64,000 nucleotides of DNA from Candidatus Acetothermia bacterium (GCA_016201405.1 JACQCZ010000001.1:8432-72431); one strand, 5' to 3'; positions 19,680-29,135 are shown, counted from the stretch's first letter. The notes: generated from the letters alone by a model not told the origin. Numbers and translations are program-made.

Positions 19680-21848
19680 TTAGGGCAGAGGAAAGACAGT
19701 TTCATAGAGGCCGGATCCTCCACCATATAAGACCTGAACGCCCTCAGGCCCAAAGCTCCCCTGTGTTTCGTGCACGAGCATATTGGCTCTGACCGCACCT
19801 TGGGTGGTCAGAGCGTTCTGAACCATGCCACAATTATCATCAACAACATAGAGCCGCTGGTCCTCCGAGCCAGCAAAGACCCAGCCCGTGACTGTTGAGC
19901 CTGTTGACGGCCTGTATACACCCAAGACATTGATTTGTTGCTTGGTCTGGGTCTGGAATTGAGTTTCACAAAGCGAAGGCGAGCGCAATTGTATCGCTTC
20001 GATCTTTCCATCAACAGTCCCTACAAATACCGATTCTCGCTGAGTAGCAACGGCCTTAGTTCCATCATTTATGGCCAATGCCGTGATCTTGCTGCCAACA
20101 TTCACCGGTGAGTTCGTAATGTTGTTCCCGGAGCTGCTCAGGATGTGCACATTCCCATTTTCCAGCCCAAGCACGATCCTTGTGGAAGAGAAGCTAGGGT
20201 AGACTACATTCCCTATCGCCATCGAAGCGATGGCAGAACTCGCCGAAAAGACTGTAGCAAGGCTCCTGCTATCACAACTGGTCTCGTCGATTCTTTGCAA
20301 GCTGCTTCCTGATGTAAAGTAGGTGCGACCCTGAAAGACCTGCACATTGTTTACTGCCCCAGTACTTAGAGTGACGCAAGTCGCGTCTGAGGAAAAACTA
20401 ATGCCAGAGCTGCTTCGCGTCACAGTCACTCTTTTTAAAAGACTAGAGTCAGTTCCAACAAAGACCTGTCCAGAAGTCGACGAAGCTTGTCTCGCGCTAA
20501 AGGAGAGTAGGCTCTTCCCTGTCAATTGTTTGCTTGCACTTGAAAGTCTGTCGGCTTGATCGACATCAAAGACCCATAAAACGCCATTCGATAGGCCAAC
20601 ATACAGAAGTCTAGTCTTCTGATCCACAGTAAAAGTCGAAATGTTGACCGTTCCGTTTGACCCATTTATAGAGTTCGGAGAGCCCTCGATTTCAGGGCAG
20701 GGATCTGTGGAAACGGCATCCTCCAGCTTGTCTTGCTGGATGGCATGAACTTTGATATCACCATCGGTCTCCTTGGAGGCTACATAGAGCATGGTTACTG
20801 AACGGGTTCCATCATTGTCAATTTGAGAGGTGCCCGTTCCCGTGCCAAGTGTGGTAATCTCCCCGCTAATTTGACACTTTGCGTTTAATGTTGCTGAAGA
20901 ACCGATGGAAAATCGTGTCGAGATGTCATCATTGTTGGGATCAAGCTCTGTGACGCCAATGGGAATGACAGTTACCTTAAAGAGATACCGGCCCGGTGCA
21001 AGCCCGCTGGTATCCAATACATTGGTCACCACAATAGACTGAGCAAGACTCAAACCCGTCGTCTCTTGAGAAGAGACAGTCTTGACTCCATTGACTCCTT
21101 CGGAAAACCCGTTGCTTCTGAAGTCTGCATCTGCACATGTAGCCGTTTCAAGACAGTATTCAAACTTGACTTGCAGTGCAGGGTTTTCAGGCTTGCCCGT
21201 GTTTTCAATCTCTACGCGCACAGTCACTAGAGAGCCTTGTGGCGCGGGAGATGGCGGGTTAAACGTCAATGAGATGGGGTGAATCTCGGGAGACGAGACA
21301 CCTATTAATAATATAGTCTCAAGAATGTCATCATCGACCGTCGTTTGAGCAACAGTCTTGGGGATGATGACAACGCGAATGATATAACGGCCTGCCTGTA
21401 AATCTTTCGTAGCAAAAGCCCCAAACAGCGTTACAGAGCTGCCCGCTTGAAGCGTCAGATTTGTACAACCGCCCCCTGACGTATTGAATTGGCAGTAGCT
21501 CGTCGAGCCGAAGTTTTGATCCTCTTCGCGGCGGGCGAGAAATTGAACATCAAACCCTTGAGCTACACCTGTCCCCGTGTTTGCAATGTCAGCGAAAATA
21601 TTGATTGTATCCCCTGGAGCATCTACAGAAAATATTGCCACATTGTTTAGAGTTTTCAGCGTGACGTTTGTGACCTTCAAATTGGGCAAGCCCGTCTGTC
21701 CAAATCCGATCTCAACATTGGAGCGGCTGATCAGAAAGAGAAATAGCAAAGAAAAGAGAACCAAACCAACACGTACAGCAACGCTCCCAGACTTTGATCC
21801 CACAGAGATCACCCCGTTGTAGGGACTTCTTTTGTTCTTTTCATGCAT
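19680..21848 (-). CDS. Secreted protein with 2 N-terminal CARDB domains fused to a C-terminal beta-propeller-like region.
   Basis: N-terminal signal anchor. CARDB units ending in TVDDDI and ELDPNNDDI. C-terminal half carries recurring propeller-blade-like segments LYVGLSNGVLWVFDVDQ, VFVGTDSSLLKRV, VFVGTVDGKIEAIQL and VFAGSEDQRLYVVDDNCGMV. Confidence 0.6.
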   Translation of the reverse strand: MHEKNKRSPYNGVISVGSKSGSVAVRVGLVLFSLLFLFLISRSNVEIGFGQTGLPNLKVTNVTLKTLNNVAIFSVDAPGDTINIFADIANTGTGVAQGFDVQFLARREEDQNFGSTSYCQFNTSGGGCTNLTLQAGSSVTLFGAFATKDLQAGRYIIRVVIIPKTVAQTTVDDDILETILLIGVSSPEIHPISLTFNPPSPAPQGSLVTVRVEIENTGKPENPALQVKFEYCLETATCADADFRSNGFSEGVNGVKTVSSQETTGLSLAQSIVVTNVLDTSGLAPGRYLFKVTVIPIGVTELDPNNDDISTRFSIGSSATLNAKCQISGEITTLGTGTGTSQIDNDGTRSVTMLYVASKETDGDIKVHAIQQDKLEDAVSTDPCPEIEGSPNSINGSNGTVNISTFTVDQKTRLLYVGLSNGVLWVFDVDQADRLSSASKQLTGKSLLSFSARQASSTSGQVFVGTDSSLLKRVTVTRSSSGISFSSDATCVTLSTGAVNNVQVFQGRTYFTSGSSLQRIDETSCDSRSLATVFSASSAIASMAIGNVVYPSFSSTRIVLGLENGNVHILSSSGNNITNSPVNVGSKITALAINDGTKAVATQRESVFVGTVDGKIEAIQLRSPSLCETQFQTQTKQQINVLGVYRPSTGSTVTGWVFAGSEDQRLYVVDDNCGMVQNALTTQGAVRANMLVHETQGSFGPEGVQVLYGGGSGLYETVFPLP

Positions 21849-22047
21849 GATAAGTCATTTACACGGGAGAGTCAATGGAAGTTTCATGCAAGTACAGTCA
21901 AGGAATGGAAGTTAGTGACTGATTGAAACTTTTGCGCAGCTATGGCTGTATATAGTGCCAACAGAGAGTCAAACGGCGATAGATTGCAGACTGTTGACTT
22001 CTGGAAAGGCCAGAGGATAAGATGCTTCTGGCAGAAAGGAGCAAACC

Positions 22048-22662
22048 ATGTTGCGAAAAATGTTCCCCGTGGCAGTCCTCATACTCTTCTTCGCAGTCAT
22101 AGGGGTTGGCCAAAGCGATCCCAAAGTGCAGCTTCAGCAGCAGCTTCTCACCCAAGAGGAGATGCAGGCGTTGCTTGGCACGCAGTGGATTATTGACTCC
22201 CTTGCCGAACTCGACAACGTTCCTGACGGAGTGGTAGCCAACGTAGTGGGAACATACAAGGACACGAATACTTCAGAGATCGTCGTTCTCAGCTTGATCA
22301 GCTTTAAGAATGTCGACGCCACAACGGTCTATCTTGATGGCCTGAAGGCTGATAAGCATGTATCCAAGGTGAGAGATCTTCTCCAAGAGGCAAAGGATGC
22401 ACCGAAGGATGCCACGCCTCTATTAACCGATCAGATCAAAAATGAGGCGCAAGAGGTCATCTTCGTCGAGCTTACCAATGGACTGCAGCAGCTGATGCTG
22501 CGCCGCGCCAATATGCTCACTTTCTTCCGCAGCTCGATGACGGGACCCGTCGACCTGACAAAGCTAGTCTCTGTGGCTGACAAGCAATTGGGCAAGACGC
22601 TAGATTTTTGCAAGAAAGCTGCCGAAAATGGGGGAACAGCTCCAGACTATTGCGCCAAGTAG
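22048..22662 (+). CDS. Small secreted hypothetical protein with C-terminal Cys pair.
   Basis: Signal peptide MLRKMFPVAVLILFFAVIGVG. No recognisable family. Ends FCKKAAENGGTAPDYCAK. AGGAGCA SD lies upstream of the ATG. Confidence 0.55.
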   Translation: MLRKMFPVAVLILFFAVIGVGQSDPKVQLQQQLLTQEEMQALLGTQWIIDSLAELDNVPDGVVANVVGTYKDTNTSEIVVLSLISFKNVDATTVYLDGLKADKHVSKVRDLLQEAKDAPKDATPLLTDQIKNEAQEVIFVELTNGLQQLMLRRANMLTFFRSSMTGPVDLTKLVSVADKQLGKTLDFCKKAAENGGTAPDYCAK

Positions 22663-22692
22663 GTAGTTGCTCCTGCTATAATTTGAAGACTA

Positions 22693-22721
22693 CCGCTGAA
22701 CTCGAAGGCAGGGTTCAGCGG
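22693..22721 (+). terminator. Stem-loop CCGCTGAAC-(11 nt)-GTTCAGCGG downstream of the small secreted protein gene. No clear U-tract.
   Basis: Perfect 9-bp inverted repeat read in the sequence, 30 nt after the stop codon at 22662. Confidence 0.3.
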
Positions 22722-22872
22722 TCTCTGCTTCCGATAGTAATAGCAGGCTCTTGTCTTCGCAGTTTGCCCGTGCTACACTACCGAAAAGGGCAGTTAAAAA
22801 TTGAAAGATTCGCGGGGATGGCTTCCCGCATTTTAGCGATCATAAGGCTGGAAAAAATTAAAGGGGGTTCCC

Positions 22873-25614
22873 ATGCTCAAAGGGTGGATTAGGGTACTGG
22901 CGATTCTTGCCTTTCTTTCTATTCTGATCACTGCCGGCCCCGTATCGAGCCAAGTGACTCCTGGAAAGCCAGAGTTGCACCCGGACTTTTTGATTCTGGA
23001 CCCAGCTTCGCCAATTGATCAGGGACGACTGGTCAACATCACCTTGCTGCTCGAAAATACGGGCACGGCTACGGCCAATCAATTTCACGTGGAATTCTTT
23101 ATTCGCTTGCACTCAGAGAGCACTGCTGGCAGCTGGACGAGCTTTGCCGTCGATGAGATCTCTGGCCTCAGCAGCGTAGAGCAGCAGATCGAGGCCCGCG
23201 CGGTGCTCGATTCTTCAGATTCGAGGCTGATCCCCGCCTCCGGGATCTATGAGATTCGCGCCGTTGTCGACTCCAATAATCAGATTCCTGAGCTGGATGA
23301 AACCAACAACGAGATGATCACATCGGCGATCATCCAGTCATCCAGACTTGGGCTACCCGATTTGCGCGCCAAGTCGCTGGCCTTTGATCCAACTTCGCCC
23401 GTCGAGCAGGATACCAAAGTTGAGATCGTGGGAACTGTCTCAAACGAAGGGGATCAGAAGGCTGCCCCATTTAGCGTGGAGCTGGCGTATTGCAAGATCA
23501 ATTCGCTCGTCAATCCTACGACTTGTCCATCTGACTTTACGCAATTTGCGCTCGTGGAGGATGCGTTTCTGGGGGGCTTGACCAAAGGAGGAGAGCTTGA
23601 GGCGCGCGCTTCGCTGCCGACGCTCGAGCCGGGCACCTATTTGATCCGCATGCGAGTCGATCCGCCCACCTCTCACAACCCGGCCGGGATGATTGATGAG
23701 CAAGATGAGGCCAACAATGAACTGATTGTGATTTTTGCCATTCAAGGCTCTGAGCTCCATGTCCCTGGAATTACATATACACCGGTACTGCCCCGCGTTG
23801 GTGACACGGTCACGATCTCCGCTACCGTAGAAAATTCGGGACAGGTGAAGTGCAGCAACGCTGAAGTCGCCTTCTTTGTCGATGGCGCCCAATTTGATTT
23901 GAAGACAATCACGCTGGCCGGCGGACAATCGGATGTCGTCCAGGGTGTTCTCAATACATCTCAATTCAACCTCGATGCAGGAGTCCATACAATCCGCGTC
24001 ATTGTTGACCCGAAGAACTTGGTCTCCGAGCGCGATGAGACAAACAATGAGACCCGCACTGGGATAACGCTACAGGCAGCACTGCCCACCCTGGCAGAGC
24101 TCCGGCCCAAGGGGATCTTGCTCAACCCCAGCTCGCCGATTCAGCTTGGCTCAAACTCCAATATTGCAGTCTCGACTGAGATTCTCAATACAGGGCCGGT
24201 GGCTGCCAGCAACGTCAGCGTTGAGTTCTCCTATCGCTCAACCGGTAGCATACGCTGGGTGCCCATTCTATGTTCGACCAACTGCAGCACCTCAACGCTA
24301 GAGTCTGGCGCGCGCTTTGTAGCCAGCGCCAATCTCTTCCTCTTCAACCTCACTCCAGGTGCGTATGAGATTCAGGCGGTTGTGGACCCGCAGAATGCCA
24401 TTCCTGAGCTTGATGAGTTTAATAACACGATTCAGAGCGCCTTTACGCTCCAAGCCAACCGGCTCCCAGACTTGCTGGTCGATCCAGTCAGCATCCAGTT
24501 CACGCCATCACTCACCGAGCGCAGGGGAACACCCATCACACTTAATGCTGATGTTGTGAACTTTGGCGAAGCGGTCGCCATTGGCCCATTTGACGTTGAC
24601 GTCTCACTGGCCAAACTCAATAGCGACGGCACGTTGGGTCAAGCCGTCTCGCTGAACAGCGTCCAGGTCGGTGGCCTCAGCGTAGGGAACCGGCAGAGGA
24701 TCTCTGTGGTTCTCAATACGGCGAATATCCTGCCCGGACTCTATCAGGTCTTGATCAACGTCGACCCGCAGAACCGAATAGCAGAGCTGGATGAGAACAA
24801 CAACCTCTTGCCCACAGGACCGCTCTTCTTGCGTGGCCCCGATCTCACGGGGACACCGCGATACATCGATCCGACGGTCAATATCTTTGAGCCGCGGATC
24901 GGCTCGGGCACCAAGCTCACGGTCGCTGTGGATGTCACAAACATTGGTGTCGAAGCGGCTGGTGAGTTTGATGTTGGATTCTGCCATCAAGCACTGCTGA
25001 ACAACGTCGAACAAGGGAGCTGTGTCAGTTTTGGCGATACGACGCACTTCCCTGGCCTGGGTATCGGTAGTATTGTGACCGTTTCCGCGACCTTCGATAC
25101 GAGTGGACTCGGCGCAGGCCGGTATGAGATCAAAGCCGTGATTGACCCAGCCTCGCCTAACTTCCCTGTTGGCCATGTCGAAGAAGAGAATGAGACGAAC
25201 AACACTCCAGCCTTGACCTTTGAGATTGTCGGCGCCGGAGGCAGCACGACTGGCAGCACATCCTCAGGCATTGATCTCACGGTTCAGAATGTCACCGTTG
25301 ACTCGAATCTTGCGAGCTTTGGCGATACCGTGACTGTGAAAGCTCAGATTGCCAACATCGGGATACAGAGCGCTGGCAGCTTTCGGGTGATCTTCTTCTA
25401 CAAGAAGGTAGGTCAAGCTCAAATGTTCAACTTCGCTCAGTTCACCATAAATAAGCTGGACGCAGGCGAAGTGCAGACCCTGACCAGTCAGCTCAGTACA
25501 ATCCTGCTTGGATTTGGGGATTATCAGATCATTGTGATTGTGGACTTTAACAATGATGTGAAAGAGAGCAATGAGTCGAACAACCGGGGATCTGCACAGC
25601 TGACTGTGACTTAA
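22873..25614 (+). CDS. Large secreted protein made of about 7 tandem CARDB domains.
   Basis: Signal peptide. Seven units of about 115-125 aa. Each begins near (L)PDL...P.SP and ends in E.NE.NN-type turns (ETNNEM, EANNEL, ETNNET, EFNNT, ENNNL, ETNNT, ESNNRG). 913 aa. Confidence 0.7.
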   Translation: MLKGWIRVLAILAFLSILITAGPVSSQVTPGKPELHPDFLILDPASPIDQGRLVNITLLLENTGTATANQFHVEFFIRLHSESTAGSWTSFAVDEISGLSSVEQQIEARAVLDSSDSRLIPASGIYEIRAVVDSNNQIPELDETNNEMITSAIIQSSRLGLPDLRAKSLAFDPTSPVEQDTKVEIVGTVSNEGDQKAAPFSVELAYCKINSLVNPTTCPSDFTQFALVEDAFLGGLTKGGELEARASLPTLEPGTYLIRMRVDPPTSHNPAGMIDEQDEANNELIVIFAIQGSELHVPGITYTPVLPRVGDTVTISATVENSGQVKCSNAEVAFFVDGAQFDLKTITLAGGQSDVVQGVLNTSQFNLDAGVHTIRVIVDPKNLVSERDETNNETRTGITLQAALPTLAELRPKGILLNPSSPIQLGSNSNIAVSTEILNTGPVAASNVSVEFSYRSTGSIRWVPILCSTNCSTSTLESGARFVASANLFLFNLTPGAYEIQAVVDPQNAIPELDEFNNTIQSAFTLQANRLPDLLVDPVSIQFTPSLTERRGTPITLNADVVNFGEAVAIGPFDVDVSLAKLNSDGTLGQAVSLNSVQVGGLSVGNRQRISVVLNTANILPGLYQVLINVDPQNRIAELDENNNLLPTGPLFLRGPDLTGTPRYIDPTVNIFEPRIGSGTKLTVAVDVTNIGVEAAGEFDVGFCHQALLNNVEQGSCVSFGDTTHFPGLGIGSIVTVSATFDTSGLGAGRYEIKAVIDPASPNFPVGHVEEENETNNTPALTFEIVGAGGSTTGSTSSGIDLTVQNVTVDSNLASFGDTVTVKAQIANIGIQSAGSFRVIFFYKKVGQAQMFNFAQFTINKLDAGEVQTLTSQLSTILLGFGDYQIIVIVDFNNDVKESNESNNRGSAQLTVT

Positions 25615-25652
25615 TCGCAAACTTGAAGAAAAGCACAAATCAGAGAGCCTGC

Positions 25653-25682
25653 GAGTATTGCTCGCAGGCTCTTCATTTTCCA
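25653..25682. terminator. Bidirectional rho-independent terminator between convergent genes.
   Basis: 12-bp perfect stem AGAGCCTGCGAG / CTCGCAGGCTCT with loop TATTG, followed by TCATTTTCC. Lies between the stops at 25614 (+) and 25717 (-). Confidence 0.6.
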
Positions 25683-25716
25683 GAATCTCTTTAAACCACT
25701 AGGCGTTGATTACTCG

Positions 25717-27132
25717 TTATGGATTGGGTGGTGTCTCCGTGACAGCCAAAGAAATAAGAGACATCAGCGTATCAAACTTAACCTTGCCATCCGGGCCGAC
25801 AACGGCCAGGCTTTGAAAGCTCTTTCCGGCCACTGTGTTCCAGGTCAGACTCAGCACTGTATCGCCACGAGCAATATGCTCTGAGACAAACTCGAAGAGC
25901 GAGCTGGTCCCAAGCTGGCTAAGGTCAATTTTAGTGGATTCATCCATCGAAAGCTCTCTATACTGTTTGACCATAAAGTCTTTGTCACCCGAGTAGAAGA
26001 CGATCAGGCTTTGATTCGACAGGTCCAGCGCCCAGCGGGCATGGTTCAGGTCATCAATGCTCTCGGTGACTTTGATATCGCTCACACTCGAGACAGGAAG
26101 CCCGGTGGAGAGCAGGAATTGATGCACATCCGCTTGCACGGTTCCCGCCAGCGAATCACTCATGGTGAGGGCGGATATGGACTGGCCAGATCCACCAAAC
26201 TCTTGGATTAAGAAGTAGATCGCGACCAGACCGACAACCACCCCCACGCCGATGAGCACCGTGGAGGCGGGAAGCCCAAAGATTGTGGAAGGAGGAGTTG
26301 AGACGGAGACGCTGAGCTTGACTGAGTCTGAAGAAGCGCCCTTATCATCCTTGACAATGAGCGAGACTTGATAGGTCCCGGCTTTTGCGTACTGATGTGT
26401 GACAATCGCCTGTCCTTGCGAGTTGCCTCCATCACCAAAATCCCAGGAATAGTCCGCTACGGTTCCATCGGCATCGGATGAGCCAGATCCATCAAATGTA
26501 ATTGTATTACCCACTCTAGGAGTCTGTGGGCTGAAGGAGAATGAGGCTACTGGGGGCTTGTTTTCTGGTGTTGTCGGGGGAGGTGTGGTCGGCGGCGGTG
26601 TGGTTGGAGGTGGAGTCGTGGGCGGCGCAGCTTGAGTTGAGACCGTGATGCTTATATCCACGGAAGAACGCACGCTGTCGCTCGTCCCAGCTTTAGCGGC
26701 CGCATTTGAAGTAAGTGTGTAGTCCCCTTCTTCGTTGGGTGCCTTTAGGACATAGACCAAGTCAATCTTGTCACCCGCACTGACATTGACCTTGAATGCC
26801 CTTTCATCACCACTCACTCGTGTAAATCCAGGCGTGACCACCGGAACAATGGCGGCAACGCCAAGATCCACTTTGGCCACAAGAGAGTCGGTGACCGTAA
26901 AACTTGCGTTGGGCTGCACGCTGTCAGGCGCGCTGCGAGTGAATGTGAAATCAATGTTATCTGCGCTCTTGGTCCCCAGAAGAATGGCTCCGAGTAAGCC
27001 CTTCGCGCTGCGGCTCAGTTGGGATGTTGATGAGGTCTGATGCATCGAGTTCCCCTCCATGGAGGGGAGGGTAAGAAAGATTATTGCAGGGATCAAAAGA
27101 ATTGTCAATATCCGGTCCAGCATATTCGTCAC
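25717..27132 (-). CDS. Type-I membrane protein. Extracellular region contains a PKD domain and a PT-rich linker; one TM helix; about 165-aa cytoplasmic domain of unknown function.
   Basis: Signal peptide. PKD signature FSFSPQTPRVGNTITFDGSGSSDADGTVADYSWDFGDGGNSQGQAIVTHQYAKAGTYQVSLIVKDDKG. Linker PPTTPPPTTPPPTTPPPTTP. TM helix VLIGVGVVVGLVAIYFLI. Confidence 0.65.
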   Translation of the reverse strand: MTNMLDRILTILLIPAIIFLTLPSMEGNSMHQTSSTSQLSRSAKGLLGAILLGTKSADNIDFTFTRSAPDSVQPNASFTVTDSLVAKVDLGVAAIVPVVTPGFTRVSGDERAFKVNVSAGDKIDLVYVLKAPNEEGDYTLTSNAAAKAGTSDSVRSSVDISITVSTQAAPPTTPPPTTPPPTTPPPTTPENKPPVASFSFSPQTPRVGNTITFDGSGSSDADGTVADYSWDFGDGGNSQGQAIVTHQYAKAGTYQVSLIVKDDKGASSDSVKLSVSVSTPPSTIFGLPASTVLIGVGVVVGLVAIYFLIQEFGGSGQSISALTMSDSLAGTVQADVHQFLLSTGLPVSSVSDIKVTESIDDLNHARWALDLSNQSLIVFYSGDKDFMVKQYRELSMDESTKIDLSQLGTSSLFEFVSEHIARGDTVLSLTWNTVAGKSFQSLAVVGPDGKVKFDTLMSLISLAVTETPPNP

Positions 27133-27351
27133 ACCACCTTTTTCCCTCTAAGAGATTCGCCCACCGTTATACACATCTGGGATTAAGCATACAACTCCAC
27201 CTGGCGCTTTTGGGTGGGAAACTCGTGATTGATTTTCGCAGTCAAATTCGATATATAGGAAACGAATCGATCTTTGGGCGTGGGGAATTTTTGAGACATC
27301 AATCATGGCAATTGCGCCACCAAATCTGTCCATTATGACGCAAACGATGTC

Positions 27352-28014
27352 GTGGTTAGACTGCAAAATGGCGGAGCGAGGCCGCGATTTTTGAAATCGC
27401 TATTTATTGTGCTGGAAGGGATTGATGGCAGCGGCAAAACAACCCAAGCCAAGCGACTTTGTCGGCACTTCGAAGATGAAAAGCGAACGGTTCACTCTCT
27501 AAAAGAGCCTGGAGGCACCCCACTCGGTGAGCGCATCCGAGAGTTATTCCTGCATTCGGATCGCGCGTTAGAGCCATTGACGGAATTGCTGCTCATTGAG
27601 GCATCCAGGCATGAGTTAGTAGAGCAAGTGATTCGGCCTGCCCTGAGGCAAGGGGCAGCCGTAGTCTGCCAGCGATATACTTACTCTAGTCTGGCCTACC
27701 AGGGATATGGGCGCGGTCTTGCACTTGACTGGATTAGCGAGTTGAATGAGCGTGCTACGGGGGGACTCAAGCCAGATGTTGCTATCTATCTCGATGTCCC
27801 AGTGGCAACAGGCATGCACCGAGTACAAAATGAGAGAGAACCAGATCGCATGGAGCGCGAAGGAAGGGCGTTTTTGAAGAGAGTGGAAGCAGGTTATCAC
27901 AAATTGATAGAGCAAAATTCTGAGATGGTCAAAGTTGACGGCAGCCTCAGTGAAGGCGAGCTCTTTCAGAAGATTGTAGAATTGGTTCGACAGGTGGAAG
28001 GAGGGGCAAGTTGA
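27352..28014 (+). CDS. tmk: Thymidylate kinase. An in-frame TTG at 27391 is an alternative start.
   Basis: LFIVLEGIDGSGKTTQAKRL P-loop. DRY-like and LID regions. 220 aa. Confidence 0.88.
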   Translation: MVRLQNGGARPRFLKSLFIVLEGIDGSGKTTQAKRLCRHFEDEKRTVHSLKEPGGTPLGERIRELFLHSDRALEPLTELLLIEASRHELVEQVIRPALRQGAAVVCQRYTYSSLAYQGYGRGLALDWISELNERATGGLKPDVAIYLDVPVATGMHRVQNEREPDRMEREGRAFLKRVEAGYHKLIEQNSEMVKVDGSLSEGELFQKIVELVRQVEGGAS

Positions 28015-29135
28015 ATTTCACTTGCACAAAGTCAGACATCACTTTTGGAGTGAAAATAGCAAGCCGCGCAGTAGGCTCTGGTAGCACGCTGCCGATTCTG
28101 GCCGGCATCAAGATGCAGACCAAAGGCTCTGAGCTGCAACTGATCGCAACGGACCTGGAGCGCGCCATCATGGTCACAGTACCAATTGAGAACAAAGGCA
28201 GCGAGGGTGCGTATGTTCTCAATGGCCAGCTTCTCTCAAAAATTACCGGAATGTTGCCGGATGACAAGCTTAGCATGAAGCTCGATGAGAATGGCGACAA
28301 AGTTGTTATTTCATCTGGAACTGCAACGTTTGAATTGTTATTGCAGCCCGTTGAGGATTATCCGCAGTTGCCAGAGCCCCCCAAAGAGACTTTGTTGACA
28401 ATCCGGCGTGATCGGCTGGTGAGGGCATTAGAGCGAACTGCCTTTGCAGCAATGAGCGCTCGCGAGACGTCAAGACTCAATCTCACCGGTGTTGATATTG
28501 TCACAAAGGGGGACAAACTTCGCATGGTGGCCACCAATGGCTATCGCCTCGCACTCAAAGAGGAGATGCTCTCTGGGAAGACAGTTGAAGGCGAATATCT
28601 CATTGACGCAGATACGCTCAAAGAGTTACATAGCATCTTGGGCGGATTTAGCGACGAGACAATCAAAGTGGCGCATAAAAGCGATCATCTCTTTTTTATA
28701 ACATCCAAGATGATCTTTGCAGCACGGGTAATTCAAGAAGAATATCCAAACATTGAGCGTGTCATCCCCAAAGAGAACAAGATGGGATTATATCTCAACC
28801 GCGATGCTCTCTTCGGAGCCCTACAACGTGCGGAGATTACGACGACTCCCGAGTCTGGAGCGGTGATTCTTGAGGTGACGGACTCTTTGCTTTACATACG
28901 CTCGTCATCAGCAGAGAAGGGCCAGACTGAAGAGAGTATTCCGCTCTTAAAGCCAGCTGACCCTATCAAGATCTCATTTCGGGGAGAATATTTAATTGAT
29001 GCTTTGCGCAGAATGAGCTCCTCCGAAGTCGTTCTTTGGCTAAAAGATTCTGAAAGCGCTGGATTATTAGAGACCGTGGATGACGAAGAGGATCAAGGCT
29101 TCCTCTATGTCTGCATGCCGATCAGAATGGATTAA
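28011..29135 (+). CDS. dnaN: DNA polymerase III beta subunit (sliding clamp). TTG start overlaps the tmk stop (TTGA).
   Basis: TLPILAGIKMQ, VATNGYRLA and C-terminal YVCMPIRMD match the DnaN motifs TLPIL, VATDGHRLA and VVMPMRL. 374 aa. Confidence 0.85.
   Translation: MNFTCTKSDITFGVKIASRAVGSGSTLPILAGIKMQTKGSELQLIATDLERAIMVTVPIENKGSEGAYVLNGQLLSKITGMLPDDKLSMKLDENGDKVVISSGTATFELLLQPVEDYPQLPEPPKETLLTIRRDRLVRALERTAFAAMSARETSRLNLTGVDIVTKGDKLRMVATNGYRLALKEEMLSGKTVEGEYLIDADTLKELHSILGGFSDETIKVAHKSDHLFFITSKMIFAARVIQEEYPNIERVIPKENKMGLYLNRDALFGALQRAEITTTPESGAVILEVTDSLLYIRSSSAEKGQTEESIPLLKPADPIKISFRGEYLIDALRRMSSSEVVLWLKDSESAGLLETVDDEEDQGFLYVCMPIRMD

Noticed and set aside
22662-22873. TATAAT at 22675..22680 and small stem-loops upstream of the 7-domain CARDB gene, considered as a small-RNA or attenuator element.
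   Set aside because: There is no matching -35 at proper spacing. The stems are only 5-6 bp. Nothing distinguishes the region from an ordinary promoter/leader.
26566-26628. Nucleotide tandem repeat encoding the PPPTT linker, considered as a slipped-strand phase-variation tract.
   Set aside because: The 15-nt units are imperfect (synonymous differences in nearly every unit) and in-frame. This makes it a structural linker, not a contingency locus.
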